From a virus (lineage: Duplodnaviria; Caudoviricetes): 64,000 bases of DNA. Location of the stretch: the IMG/VR virus record IMGVR_UViG_3300021093_000004. One strand, 5' to 3'. The position numbers and the translations under genes are program-made. The notes beneath the pieces were generated by a model. The model was not told the origin of the DNA. It did not search any database and saw only the letters and a list, made by a program, of their open reading frames with translations. Positions 47,405 to 57,635 of the stretch are shown piece after piece (the first letter of the stretch is position 1; each line of letters begins with the position of its first letter).

Positions 47405-47686
47405 TTATATCGAGTGACGTTCGACGACAGTCAGATTTGAATTGAAAATTTCTCGGTAGCCGTTTCGGTATGCTGTTGGACAATTATCCTTGATCCATAT
47501 AAGTTGTCTGTCGAGCGGCAAACTAGATAATCTATCCTTGTTGTCGATGATCTTTTGCTTTTCTGGGTCTCCTACGGTATCTGTTACGATTCCACAGATT
47601 TTACCTTCGCGTTGGCCCAAATATAGCAATAGTAAGTACCGTGGGGTCTTACCTTTTGCGTGATAGTTAATTCGGAGTATTTCCAT
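47405..47686 (-). CDS. hypothetical protein
   Basis: 93-aa ORF from ATG at 47686. Confidence 0.55.
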   Translation of the reverse strand: MEILRINYHAKGKTPRYLLLLYLGQREGKICGIVTDTVGDPEKQKIIDNKDRLSSLPLDRQLIWIKDNCPTAYRNGYREIFNSNLTVVERHSI

Positions 47687-48983
47687 GGGTGGTATCCCAA
47701 AAGCTGAAGCCAAACCGCAAATCCGCATTAAATTTCACATGGCGGGTGGGGAGCTTGATCTTGGTAGTTACTTTTCATCGTTTGAATTCAAGGCCATGAT
47801 CAATGGTGGGTATATTATTAGGGCAGAATTGTTTGATGCACACTTCAACGTTCATGGTAAGTTGATAAAAGCTGGATACTTCAAAGAGACCAGACAAGAA
47901 CCGGTAGTAGTCGAATTCCAGATTAAATGGGGTCCAGAGGCAACAGCACCTGAACGTGCTACTAAAGTCCAATATGCTATAATGCTTTCTTTGAAAGCAA
48001 GGGGTGATAGTGGTGACACTGCGAATCTTGAGTTCATTGCAATGGACCCACCATCTTGGTTTCTGAATAGGGGAGATGCGGCAGGTACGGTATGGAAAGG
48101 CCGTGTTGATCAAGTTATCAGAGATGTTGTTAAGAAATATGCTCCTGCGGTGACTGTTGAAGTATCAAAAACCACTGATTCTGACCAAAATAAGTGGTGG
48201 ATGATGCGTCAAGATCCGAAGACGTTCTTGTCATCGTTCGTGGATTGGTCATCATCGATTACTCAAAAGAAGACGCAGTGGTTAGTTGCATCAGACGGAT
48301 ATAATCTGGCTATTAAAGAGCAAGCTCAATGGGTATCTCGTCAGAGAGCCTATTATCGATCACGATCCGATGAAGCTCGTTCGAATATTGATCAATGGGA
48401 TTACTTGTCAGATAATGCATTATCAGTTGTGCAGACTAAATTACTTGCTCAAGGAGCGGCTGCATTATCGGGACACTACCTGGATAGAATCACAGACAAG
48501 CAAGAGGAAACTGTGTTCGTCAAAGACCAACGAACATCGACAAAACAAATTGCAAGAGTTACAGACCAGCAATCGTTTACAAAACCTCCTGATGCGGGAC
48601 CACCATTGGTTGGATGGTCGTCTGTTGCCAGTATTCCGGAAATTTACACTGCTGGGGATCTTGGACTTCGATATGATGAATATATTGATGGTCGCCCGCG
48701 TGGGATGTGGTTAAATCTCACCCATGGATTATTACGGACCAAAATTGAAGTGCTTGGTCACGGTGAATGGTCTGATTGTTATGGATTAGGTGTTGACACG
48801 ATATTCATACGATGGACACAAGGCCCAGGCGGACTCGATAATGATCCTCACTGGTGGATGACGGGAAATTGGATAGTATACGGATTCCATCATCACGTCA
48901 CTCGAAAAGATTGGACCACCGATTTGTACTGTGCTCGATTTGACTGGAACGCCGATGCTACAAAGGTCGGAGGAGGAAATTAA
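47685..48983 (+). CDS. baseplate hub / tail protein (gp27 or GpD-like)
   Basis: WKGRVDQVIRDVV...WWMMRQDPKTFL...GNWIVYGFHH; precedes tape measure; GGAG SD. Confidence 0.65.
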   Translation: MGGIPKAEAKPQIRIKFHMAGGELDLGSYFSSFEFKAMINGGYIIRAELFDAHFNVHGKLIKAGYFKETRQEPVVVEFQIKWGPEATAPERATKVQYAIMLSLKARGDSGDTANLEFIAMDPPSWFLNRGDAAGTVWKGRVDQVIRDVVKKYAPAVTVEVSKTTDSDQNKWWMMRQDPKTFLSSFVDWSSSITQKKTQWLVASDGYNLAIKEQAQWVSRQRAYYRSRSDEARSNIDQWDYLSDNALSVVQTKLLAQGAAALSGHYLDRITDKQEETVFVKDQRTSTKQIARVTDQQSFTKPPDAGPPLVGWSSVASIPEIYTAGDLGLRYDEYIDGRPRGMWLNLTHGLLRTKIEVLGHGEWSDCYGLGVDTIFIRWTQGPGGLDNDPHWWMTGNWIVYGFHHHVTRKDWTTDLYCARFDWNADATKVGGGN

Positions 48984-49006
48984 CCAATATATTGTAAGTT
49001 GAGACA

Positions 49007-49405
49007 ATGTGGTGGAGGAGTATAACGATGGTATTCAGACCTTATTTTAGCCCTGAAATCAACGACAACATCACTTCAGCCGAAGTAGATCAATGGTTTC
49101 GTGCGATTTTGTCGTCGAATTCACCTCAGTTGAATTACCACATCACTGATTTCAATACACGATTGGAGTTGGTACCAGGTTTCAATGTATCGCATGACAG
49201 TGTGGTGATTCGAAAAGCTATTCTATACCAGCAACGCGAATTGCAAAGGATAGCGTTGGAAGCCTCACAGACTGTTAACCCTCTCCGAGAGATCTTAGGG
49301 ATAGCCGGATCTATCGCTTTGGGCGCATTCATTGGTGAAAAACTTGCCAGCGGCATGCGTGTTGGGGTTGATCTGGACGAAGTCCACCGATTGCTCGGCA
49401 AGTAA
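49007..49405 (+). CDS. hypothetical protein
   Basis: 132-aa ORF; start uncertain. Confidence 0.55.
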   Translation: MWWRSITMVFRPYFSPEINDNITSAEVDQWFRAILSSNSPQLNYHITDFNTRLELVPGFNVSHDSVVIRKAILYQQRELQRIALEASQTVNPLREILGIAGSIALGAFIGEKLASGMRVGVDLDEVHRLLGK

Positions 49406-49568
49406 GCGATCAAGGATGTCCTGAAACTCAATTGTGGCAATGACAGCCAGATAACATGTTATATTAAAGAACGAACGCTGAATTAATTACTTTCCTCAGA
49501 TATTGTAGATATGTTATTATGTGCTGAGCACAGGAAAACATATCCTATAAAACCTTCTGAGGATTTGA

Positions 49569-52500
49569 ATGCCAGCAGTTGACCCGAACGTATACGCACT
49601 GAGTATTCAGTTACAATTAGACTCTCAAGAGGCTTTCTCCACTCTTGATCGGTTTGGGGAGTCTATTACCGCTGTCGAAGAGCAGATGGCAAAGGCCGCT
49701 GATAAAGCTCTTCATAACATCAACAATATCGTTCAGCAGATCGAAACGTCTTTGACGCATGTGACCGATTTAATTGGTCAGATGGATATGAGTGCGGTCA
49801 AAGTAGCGTCTAGTCTAGATTCTATCAATCGATCGACAACGGATAGCCAAAAAACAACTGAAGAAGATCTTGATAATTTATTGAAACAACGGGATCTTTG
49901 GGAAGAAGTCGTAGACTTTTACGCTGAAGTCACAGAATCGCTTGAACAACATTTGAAGTTGCATACTCGTGATGTTAAATTGCTGGATGATATTCATCAA
50001 GCGATTCTTACCAAGAATATAGGCCACAATGATCAAAATAAGTTTATCGATGCTGGAAACAAAGGATTACAACACGGTAATAAGTTAGCTCGTGGTCAGC
50101 GAGATGCAGTCAAGGCAATAGCGGATATGTGGCATAGTGTGTCGGCTGCCCTTGCTGGTACTGTTGCATATTACGCGAAGGTTGATCAAGGCACTGAAGC
50201 GTTCGTCCAAACAAATTATCGAGCGTATGGGTCACAGCAATTATTATTGCAGTCAACCCGACAACTTTCCACTGAGCTTGGTGTTTCCGCTGAAACTGCA
50301 ATTGCGACCTATAAAGCCCTTGCGGATGTTCGTACACCGCGAGAGGAAATTGAGAAGTATGCACAAGTAGTGGCGATGGCTAATCGCACTACGGGTGCGA
50401 ATATCCAGACATTGGCGATTTATACGGCCAGAATGCGGGCACTTGGCTTGACTGCTGGACCATTGCAGCAGCATATCGCCAGATTGACGGAACAAATGAG
50501 AAAATTCGGCTTGACAGCCGATGATGTCAACCGACTGATGAATAATACTTCTAGTAGTGCCGCAGACTTAAGAGACCTATTTGGTGGCAATACAGAAGAA
50601 GTTAAGAAATTCGAAGCGACATTTGCCGCTTTATCCGGCATGGCTAAACAATATGGGTGGGAGGTATCACAAATTGCCCAATTCCAAAAAAATGCGACTA
50701 ACCCAGAGCAGTGGATATCATTAGGTAATCAGACTGATATGGCGATTCAGGGTGCGGAGGATTACCAAGCTGCATTGCTGAAAATTGGTAGTCAATTAAG
50801 CACTATGCAGGCTGAGATGGATGCTGCTGGTGGTGCTGCGACAAATCAAGGCATGCAAATAAAAAACGAAATGGTAGGCTTGTTAGATGCTATTGGTGCT
50901 AATGAAGATTCGGGAAAAGCTTTAATTGATATGTATAGACAAGCCAGCAAGGAAGCTGGTGGAGCGGCATCTTCGGCTGCCGACTTCCAGCGTGTCATGG
51001 ATACTATGTCCAATAGTATGGACAATCAATATGCAGAATCAATGGCTGCATTATATGCCGAATTTGAACGTCTAAAGAATACTTTTGGTGCTCTGTCAAG
51101 TAGTGTATTACAATTTGTTGCTGATGGATTGATGTATCTCATATCGGCATTAAATAAAATTCTATATCCCATAAGTGTAGTTATTACCAAAGTTTTACAA
51201 TTCATCAATTTACTTGAAAAAATCCCGATACTCGGACGATATATTACCTATTTAAAAATCATCGTAGCAGTATTGGTCGTCGCCGGTGCTGTCTTCTTGG
51301 CTGCTGCTGGTGGAATATCGATATTTGCACTTGCGGTGGGATCGGCTAGTGGAATAGTCACTGGTGCGATTAATATAGTGACATCGATGGCTCAAGCGAT
51401 GGTGTCTGTCGCTCGTGCAGTCGGTGAATCAATTGTTATTATACTACAAAGCCTCGGTCAAGGATTGGCCGCCCTTGGGAGATCTGTCCAGCCGGTTATG
51501 CTGCCATTATTGGCACTTGGATTAGCATTAATGATGGTTGGTGCTGCGGCGTGGATGTTCGCACAAGCTGTCAAGACAATCGCTGAAGTGGGTGAGGCAG
51601 CTATTAAGGTTACCTTGGGTATGCTTGTCGCCATTGGTCTTCTAGGGCTTATGTTAGTTGGCTTGGGATACCTTGCAGGTCCTGTTGCGGGCGGTGTTTT
51701 GGCAATTGCTGGTGCAATTCTGTTGGTCGGCCTTGCTGCTATGCTGATGGGCCTTGGGATTATGTGGGCTGCACAGGGCCTGCAAATCATGGCCCAAGTT
51801 ATCAGCGTCGGACTAGTGACGCAGTTGCCGACGCTGGCTCTTGGTCTGATAGCTCTCGGTTTGGCTGCATTGGTTGCCGCTCCTGGTTTGGTGCTTCTCG
51901 GCGTTGCGTTGTTGTTCGTTGGTCTTGGGCTAACGTTAATTGCATCAGCACTGGTATTACTTTCTACTGCTTTGGAGAATCTTTCAGGGGTTAAGCTTGT
52001 TCAAGTCGCTACGGGATTCTTACAAGCATCATTAATATTTATAGCCGCTGCTGGTATTGCGATCGTTGCTGGAGTATTATTGCTTGCAGCATCAATAATA
52101 CTTGTCCCAGCAGCGTTAGCACTATTGGTCGCGTCGTTAATTTTATCGCTCGCTGGTGTTATATTCTTTATAGCAGCGAGCATGATTGCTATTGGTGCTG
52201 CATTACTGGCGGTCGGTGTGTCATTGCTGTTACCGGTAGCTGCAATGGTATTCACTGCCGGGGTCATGATCGGCGTCGGTGGCTTGATGATGTTGGCTGG
52301 TATGATCGCAATGTTAGCGGCAGTTGCTCTGATGACCGGTCTATCTTTCATATTGCTGCTCGCGTCGATTGCGTTGGGCACCGCTATTGCATTGCTAGTT
52401 CCGATCGCTGGAATGGTGATGGGCGTCGGGGTACTGATGTATGTAGGCGGTTTAATGATGGTTATGGCTGGGACACTGATGGTGATGGCTGGTATGCTGT

Positions 52501-53414
52501 TCACCACGGGCGGATTGATGCTAATGGCGTCGGCGGCATACTTGTACATGGCCGGTACAATGATGATGATTGCCGGTAGTGTTCTTGTTGACGGATCGAT
52601 GGTGTTAATTATAGCTTCGACATGGCTATTTGTAGCATCGCTTGAAATGTTGAAGGCTGGTATGGCCATCCTGCCTGGATCATATATGATATATCTCGGT
52701 CTGTCATTGCTACAGATGGCTGTGTCAAGATTTGCTAACACCATTGAACAAATTAAGATCGTTGGTGAGGGCATACTCAAATTAGCAACAGCCTTCAAGA
52801 TGATTCAAGACATTCCTGCCAGCAAATTGAAAGATGTTGCCGCTGATGCATTGAATGCGTTGCCGGATATTGATGCACTCGCGACTGGTTTGGATCAGGT
52901 GTCTGGAAAGCTTGCTGAATCTACCAGAAGATTCGCTGGCCCAGCGAATGAATTGGCTGAAGTCTTAGAACGACTTGGTACTGCTATCTCTCAATTTGGA
53001 GAGGGATTATCTCTCGCTGAAGATGTAGGCCAATTGGCGAACATGTTGGATCAATACGCATCTCTCTTAGAGGGAGCGGCTGATCGTATGGAAACTGCTG
53101 TTCAAACACGAGCGATTCCTGCAATGCGTGCCGCTGAGCAGGCCGGATTACAAGAAGCAGTTCGTTCCGAAGCGATTACTACAGTACAGGTAATGACTGA
53201 TTCCGAAGGTGGAGAGGACGACTCTACTGATTTAGCTGCTATTGGTACGGCTCAGTTGGTCGCGTTATTAGCACTGCAAGAGACAGTTGCAGGATTGCAA
53301 CCAAGTCGATCTGGTCCAATCCAAGATATTGTGAGCTTATTGCAGGCATACCTGCCAGCAATGGCTAGAAAAGACACGGGCCTTTCTACAGAATTTAACG
53401 CTTGGGCGAAGTAG
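49569..53414 (+). CDS. tape measure protein
   Basis: 1281 aa, Ala/Gly/Leu-rich helical, long hydrophobic core, precedes baseplate genes. Confidence 0.85.
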   Translation: MPAVDPNVYALSIQLQLDSQEAFSTLDRFGESITAVEEQMAKAADKALHNINNIVQQIETSLTHVTDLIGQMDMSAVKVASSLDSINRSTTDSQKTTEEDLDNLLKQRDLWEEVVDFYAEVTESLEQHLKLHTRDVKLLDDIHQAILTKNIGHNDQNKFIDAGNKGLQHGNKLARGQRDAVKAIADMWHSVSAALAGTVAYYAKVDQGTEAFVQTNYRAYGSQQLLLQSTRQLSTELGVSAETAIATYKALADVRTPREEIEKYAQVVAMANRTTGANIQTLAIYTARMRALGLTAGPLQQHIARLTEQMRKFGLTADDVNRLMNNTSSSAADLRDLFGGNTEEVKKFEATFAALSGMAKQYGWEVSQIAQFQKNATNPEQWISLGNQTDMAIQGAEDYQAALLKIGSQLSTMQAEMDAAGGAATNQGMQIKNEMVGLLDAIGANEDSGKALIDMYRQASKEAGGAASSAADFQRVMDTMSNSMDNQYAESMAALYAEFERLKNTFGALSSSVLQFVADGLMYLISALNKILYPISVVITKVLQFINLLEKIPILGRYITYLKIIVAVLVVAGAVFLAAAGGISIFALAVGSASGIVTGAINIVTSMAQAMVSVARAVGESIVIILQSLGQGLAALGRSVQPVMLPLLALGLALMMVGAAAWMFAQAVKTIAEVGEAAIKVTLGMLVAIGLLGLMLVGLGYLAGPVAGGVLAIAGAILLVGLAAMLMGLGIMWAAQGLQIMAQVISVGLVTQLPTLALGLIALGLAALVAAPGLVLLGVALLFVGLGLTLIASALVLLSTALENLSGVKLVQVATGFLQASLIFIAAAGIAIVAGVLLLAASIILVPAALALLVASLILSLAGVIFFIAASMIAIGAALLAVGVSLLLPVAAMVFTAGVMIGVGGLMMLAGMIAMLAAVALMTGLSFILLLASIALGTAIALLVPIAGMVMGVGVLMYVGGLMMVMAGTLMVMAGMLFTTGGLMLMASAAYLYMAGTMMMIAGSVLVDGSMVLIIASTWLFVASLEMLKAGMAILPGSYMIYLGLSLLQMAVSRFANTIEQIKIVGEGILKLATAFKMIQDIPASKLKDVAADALNALPDIDALATGLDQVSGKLAESTRRFAGPANELAEVLERLGTAISQFGEGLSLAEDVGQLANMLDQYASLLEGAADRMETAVQTRAIPAMRAAEQAGLQEAVRSEAITTVQVMTDSEGGEDDSTDLAAIGTAQLVALLALQETVAGLQPSRSGPIQDIVSLLQAYLPAMARKDTGLSTEFNAWAK

Positions 53415-53415
53415 C

Positions 53416-53967
53416 ATGCCAGCACTCCTCATCCCTGCGGACTCTAAACTAGCTTCGGCAGTCGTATTTGAATTCCCACAAAACTCAAAAGTGGAATTTC
53501 AGTTTCCACCCAAAATCACAGGTGATAATCGAAGAGCTACGTGGAAAGAAAATACGTATGCTGGTCAAGTCGAACCAATTATGGTTTATGCATCGTCCGG
53601 GCCTCGTGAAGTAACGATGCAAATAACTTATATATATGATGGAAATTGGGATTCTAATAAGATCAAAACACAAGTTAGATTATTGCGTGGATATTTTCAA
53701 CGAGTTAAAGATCTGAAGCAGCAAAGAAATTTGGCTATCCTATTGAAATTGTGGTCTATCGGAGGAGAATCTTCGATGTCTTTTCGAATGAAATCTTGCG
53801 ATGTTAAATATAGCGAGACAATGATTTTTAAAGGAAAAGCGGAAAACGCTTATCCATTACGCACTGATATCACGTGTGATCTGGCGTCGTGGACAAGGGG
53901 AACCGCGCAAAAAGCTGATCAACCGCTTGAAGGCTTGCGAGAGACATTGATTCCAGAGTGGTATTAA
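53416..53967 (+). CDS. tube initiator / baseplate-tube junction protein (gp48/gp54-like)
   Basis: FQFPPKITGDNRRATW...EPIMVYASSGPREVT. Confidence 0.65.
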   Translation: MPALLIPADSKLASAVVFEFPQNSKVEFQFPPKITGDNRRATWKENTYAGQVEPIMVYASSGPREVTMQITYIYDGNWDSNKIKTQVRLLRGYFQRVKDLKQQRNLAILLKLWSIGGESSMSFRMKSCDVKYSETMIFKGKAENAYPLRTDITCDLASWTRGTAQKADQPLEGLRETLIPEWY

Positions 53968-53968
53968 T

Positions 53969-54307
53969 ATGGCCGGAATATTAGACGATTTTTCGAGATT
54001 CTCGCGGACTGAAATGATCATCACTGATGGTCATGAAACATTCGGTAGGTGGAAGTCATATTCATTTTTGAAAGAACGTCCGGCAGATGAAAATATTGGA
54101 GTCTTTCGAGTCACATCTGCTGTAGAAGGTCGTCCAGACCTCATTTCTCAACAAGTATATGGTACGCCTCTCTTAGATTGGGTATTAATCGCTTTCAATA
54201 ATACAATAGACAATCAATCTGCTCGAAATGCGTTGAATTGGCCAAGAGCGGGTGACTTGGTAGAATACCCGGTTGAATCGATAGTGGTACCGGAGGTTCT
54301 TCAATAA
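53969..54307 (+). CDS. baseplate wedge protein, gp53-like
   Basis: EGRPDLISQQVYGTPLLDWVLIAFN. Confidence 0.85.
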   Translation: MAGILDDFSRFSRTEMIITDGHETFGRWKSYSFLKERPADENIGVFRVTSAVEGRPDLISQQVYGTPLLDWVLIAFNNTIDNQSARNALNWPRAGDLVEYPVESIVVPEVLQ

Positions 54308-56482
54308 ATGGACAATATCCATGTCGTATGGTCGAAATTTTTCTCGCACCGTACCCGTGTACTGTGGGAACGGTTTCCTGGATATTATCGGGCGTTGGTT
54401 GTAGAAACCAACGATCCACTTAACATATATCGAGTGAGATTTAAATGTCCTGATATACATGATTTCGACTTAAAGCCAGAAGATTGTCCATATGCGGTTC
54501 CAGCCCATGATCTTGGTGGATATAGAGCAGGTCGTTTCACACATCCGTGCATTGGTGATTGGATCTGGATTACGTTTGAGCGTCAACATCCATACGCTCC
54601 TGTGTGGGTCGGCTTCGCTAGTCCTACAAGACGGAAATTATACACATACCCACAAGTATTTCAGGTCACACCACTGAGTGTGAATGAAGAGGGAAGACCG
54701 GCTGACAAGCCATCAGACTACGATGAGGAGTATCTGCCCAAAGACGGGCGTCCGATGATGCATGGATGGCAAGACCGCTATGGCAGTCTTGATATTCACT
54801 CTGCTGTTGGCTTCTTTCCGAACGAACATGATCGTCAGCCACCTCCCCCAGATCACGATGCAGTTCAAAAGGCTGACTTTGATCAGCAGCGTCGCAAGCC
54901 GGAGATTAATAATCCTGATAAGAAGTATATGGCCAGGGTTACGAAGTATGGCCACATGCTATTACTTGGTGATCAGGGATATTATTGGAAGAAAGACGAA
55001 TATGGGGAATTAGGAGAATTCGAAGGTAAATTCAAAGAGGACGAAAAATTTGAGATAAAGCGATGGCTATACCTTCAGCGTCTGATGAACGAGGATAAGC
55101 CGCGATCCGATAGGCCATTCGGTGATCAACGCCGAATGACTATGTTGACGCGGTATGGGCATAGAATTGAATGCCGTGATGTCGGTTGGGCACAACAAGG
55201 ACCAATCCAATCGAAATCTCGTCAAGGAGAATATGGACCACGGAAGATTTTATCCAAAGAAGAAAAGAATGATTTCAGATGGATTAAGATTCGTACAAAA
55301 GGTGGAATGTTATTTCAGGCTTATGATAAGGGATTCCACCCCGACGAAGATATATTCATTAAACGCAATTTGATCGAAGAACAAGGGCATCTGAGCGAAG
55401 AAGAGCACAAATACTGGAAAAATAAAGATGCTCGATGGATTCGGATTGTCACCCGGCATGGGTTGAAGCTAGTCCTTGATGATCGGGGCACCGACGATAA
55501 GCGTTCACATAAGAGAGAACTTCCACGTCCTAATGGGATTCTTTTTAAGGGACGCCGCACACCAGCCGCTAAAATGCGAGAAGCTCGCGGAAAGCCGCGT
55601 GGTTTCGTTTGGGAGTTCAATGAAAATGATGCGGCTAACCACACTATGTGGGCATCGCCGCTTGGACAATCGGTAGAATTGAATGACCGCTATCAATATA
55701 TGATGATGGCGGTGTCAATGGGCAAAGGCTGGGTTCGCAAATGGCAGAATCTGAAAGAGAATGAATTTAGCCGTAAACCAATGATGATCCGCAAGCCAGA
55801 GCGGACATCATATCATTTGAAATTAGACCATGATAACGAATACTTGCGACTGAAAACGCGAGCGAACAAGGGTCCAAAGCCAGAGCGTCCAGCTAATCCA
55901 TCTGGGGTCGGTAAATCTGAGATTAACCAAGGGCTTGAAGCCCGTGACGGTAAAAAGGGCGATGGACCTTGGGTCGAAATTGTGGACTGTCAACATCGCG
56001 GGATGTGGTGGTCCAAACGCTATAAACTTGGTATTTGGAGAGCCAGAAAAAAGCGTAAGATGTATATGTGGATGGATGAGAAGAAGCGTGAAATTGTGAT
56101 CTTTAATCGCAATGGAAAAATTATAATATATTCGAGCACGGATGTTCAAGTGGTCTCAGACCGCAATATTCATATGCAGGCCGCTGGGCATATTTTCATG
56201 AAGGCTGGGCGTTCTATCCGGATGCAGGCCGGTGGTACTAAACTAACCGTCGGTAGAAATATTCTTACTAACACGACCATAAACGCTGCTCGTGTCCAAG
56301 CTTTTATCTGTGGTGTCTTTCCGGGTCCTGGTGCTGGATGTGCGAATCCATCGGGCGCACAAGTGGAACCCGTTATACCACCAGAAATTCCAGATATAAT
56401 TGAACCAACGGATCGGGCTAAAACTTACAATGAACCATTTGAAGAATGTCCGAAGGATGAAGTGGAGCATCCTGTCGAATGA
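54308..56482 (+). CDS. baseplate spike, gp5-like with N-terminal OB fold
   Basis: YRALVVETNDPLNIYRVRF...PCIGDWIWITFE...PVWVG; C-terminal beta repeats. Confidence 0.85.
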   Translation: MDNIHVVWSKFFSHRTRVLWERFPGYYRALVVETNDPLNIYRVRFKCPDIHDFDLKPEDCPYAVPAHDLGGYRAGRFTHPCIGDWIWITFERQHPYAPVWVGFASPTRRKLYTYPQVFQVTPLSVNEEGRPADKPSDYDEEYLPKDGRPMMHGWQDRYGSLDIHSAVGFFPNEHDRQPPPPDHDAVQKADFDQQRRKPEINNPDKKYMARVTKYGHMLLLGDQGYYWKKDEYGELGEFEGKFKEDEKFEIKRWLYLQRLMNEDKPRSDRPFGDQRRMTMLTRYGHRIECRDVGWAQQGPIQSKSRQGEYGPRKILSKEEKNDFRWIKIRTKGGMLFQAYDKGFHPDEDIFIKRNLIEEQGHLSEEEHKYWKNKDARWIRIVTRHGLKLVLDDRGTDDKRSHKRELPRPNGILFKGRRTPAAKMREARGKPRGFVWEFNENDAANHTMWASPLGQSVELNDRYQYMMMAVSMGKGWVRKWQNLKENEFSRKPMMIRKPERTSYHLKLDHDNEYLRLKTRANKGPKPERPANPSGVGKSEINQGLEARDGKKGDGPWVEIVDCQHRGMWWSKRYKLGIWRARKKRKMYMWMDEKKREIVIFNRNGKIIIYSSTDVQVVSDRNIHMQAAGHIFMKAGRSIRMQAGGTKLTVGRNILTNTTINAARVQAFICGVFPGPGAGCANPSGAQVEPVIPPEIPDIIEPTDRAKTYNEPFEECPKDEVEHPVE

Positions 56483-57231
56483 TTATAAAGTTTCCAACTG
56501 GATTATATAGTACAGCTCTTCCGTCGAAGCCGGAAGATGCTGGTAATGTTACATTCCTTATAAGTAACACTACTCCTCCACGCAGCAACCTATTGTTTCC
56601 TAAGGTACCGACTGGGATCGTTGAAAAGCGGAAACCGCCCAAAGAAGTAGTGTTGGTGAATCGTCGTAGTACATTTGGAAATTTAGTATTTTCTATATCT
56701 AAATCTACTCGTAAGGAAGAGGGAAACAACGCTCGGCAATTTGAAATCGGTCAAGTATTAGACTTCAATGATACTTCCGGGCAAGTTGTTGATTTGATGT
56801 TGGTTGGGACCGTAACCGAAATTCGTCATGATACGAATGTTCTCGATTATGAGCAAATGGGACTTACACCGGAGGAAGAGCAAGCAATTGCTGAGTTGTC
56901 GTTGTTGACTCAGGATCAACTTGCAAATCGTTTGAATGATTTGAAACAATTGCGTGGAGATGCCGAACAGGTCATTAACGTTCAACAGAAGTTGATTAAT
57001 GATACGACCAAGACGATCACCTCTCTGACCGTTACTCTGGAAGAGGGACCGACAACTGGCACTGCATCAACTGAGGCTTCGGTTGTCGAACAGTTGCTTG
57101 TTAAATTGAAGGCCAAACGAGATTCTGCGTTTGTGATCCGAAATCAAGCTGTTGCGGATGCTAATCGGTATGCAGAAGAGGCGACCAAAGTTCTTGACCA
57201 ATTACGCACTGTTGGGACTTTGGTGAAATAA
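56479..57231 (+). CDS. hypothetical protein with C-terminal coiled coil
   Basis: 250-aa coupled ORF. Confidence 0.65.
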   Translation: MIIKFPTGLYSTALPSKPEDAGNVTFLISNTTPPRSNLLFPKVPTGIVEKRKPPKEVVLVNRRSTFGNLVFSISKSTRKEEGNNARQFEIGQVLDFNDTSGQVVDLMLVGTVTEIRHDTNVLDYEQMGLTPEEEQAIAELSLLTQDQLANRLNDLKQLRGDAEQVINVQQKLINDTTKTITSLTVTLEEGPTTGTASTEASVVEQLLVKLKAKRDSAFVIRNQAVADANRYAEEATKVLDQLRTVGTLVK

Positions 57232-57635
57232 TGGCAAAATTCAGACCACGAGCAACGTTTTTCGGATTCAATCCACCATTTATTGGTGGAGCACAGAACG
57301 TTATGTCTCGGCAGGAAGACGATCGGCTCATTAAGAATGACATCTTGCAATTGTTATTGACCATTCCAGGTGAAAGGGTCATGCGGCCCACATATGGGGT
57401 AAACCTACGCAATTTCGTGTTTGAAAATTTGGTTAGTTCCGACTTGTCAATATTACAATCGAATATCGAAGAGCAATTGAGAATATATGAGCCACGAGTA
57501 GATTTAGAATTTATTGATCTTCTTCCCGATCCAGATAAAAATGGGCTACAAATAAAGATAGTTGTAACGCTCAAGAAAGATCCAAAGAAACAACTGTCTA
57601 TCGAACAGTTCATACAAGGGATTCAAACGACATAA
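57231..57635 (+). CDS. baseplate wedge gp25-like (sheath initiator)
   Basis: LLLTIPGERVMRPTYG...YEPRV. Confidence 0.93.
   Translation: MAKFRPRATFFGFNPPFIGGAQNVMSRQEDDRLIKNDILQLLLTIPGERVMRPTYGVNLRNFVFENLVSSDLSILQSNIEEQLRIYEPRVDLEFIDLLPDPDKNGLQIKIVVTLKKDPKKQLSIEQFIQGIQTT

Noticed and set aside
49403-49590. Protein-like in-frame continuation past two TAA stops (possible recoding)
   Set aside because: TAA, TAG and TGA all end well-supported, tightly coupled genes here, so no code reassignment; likely chance or decay
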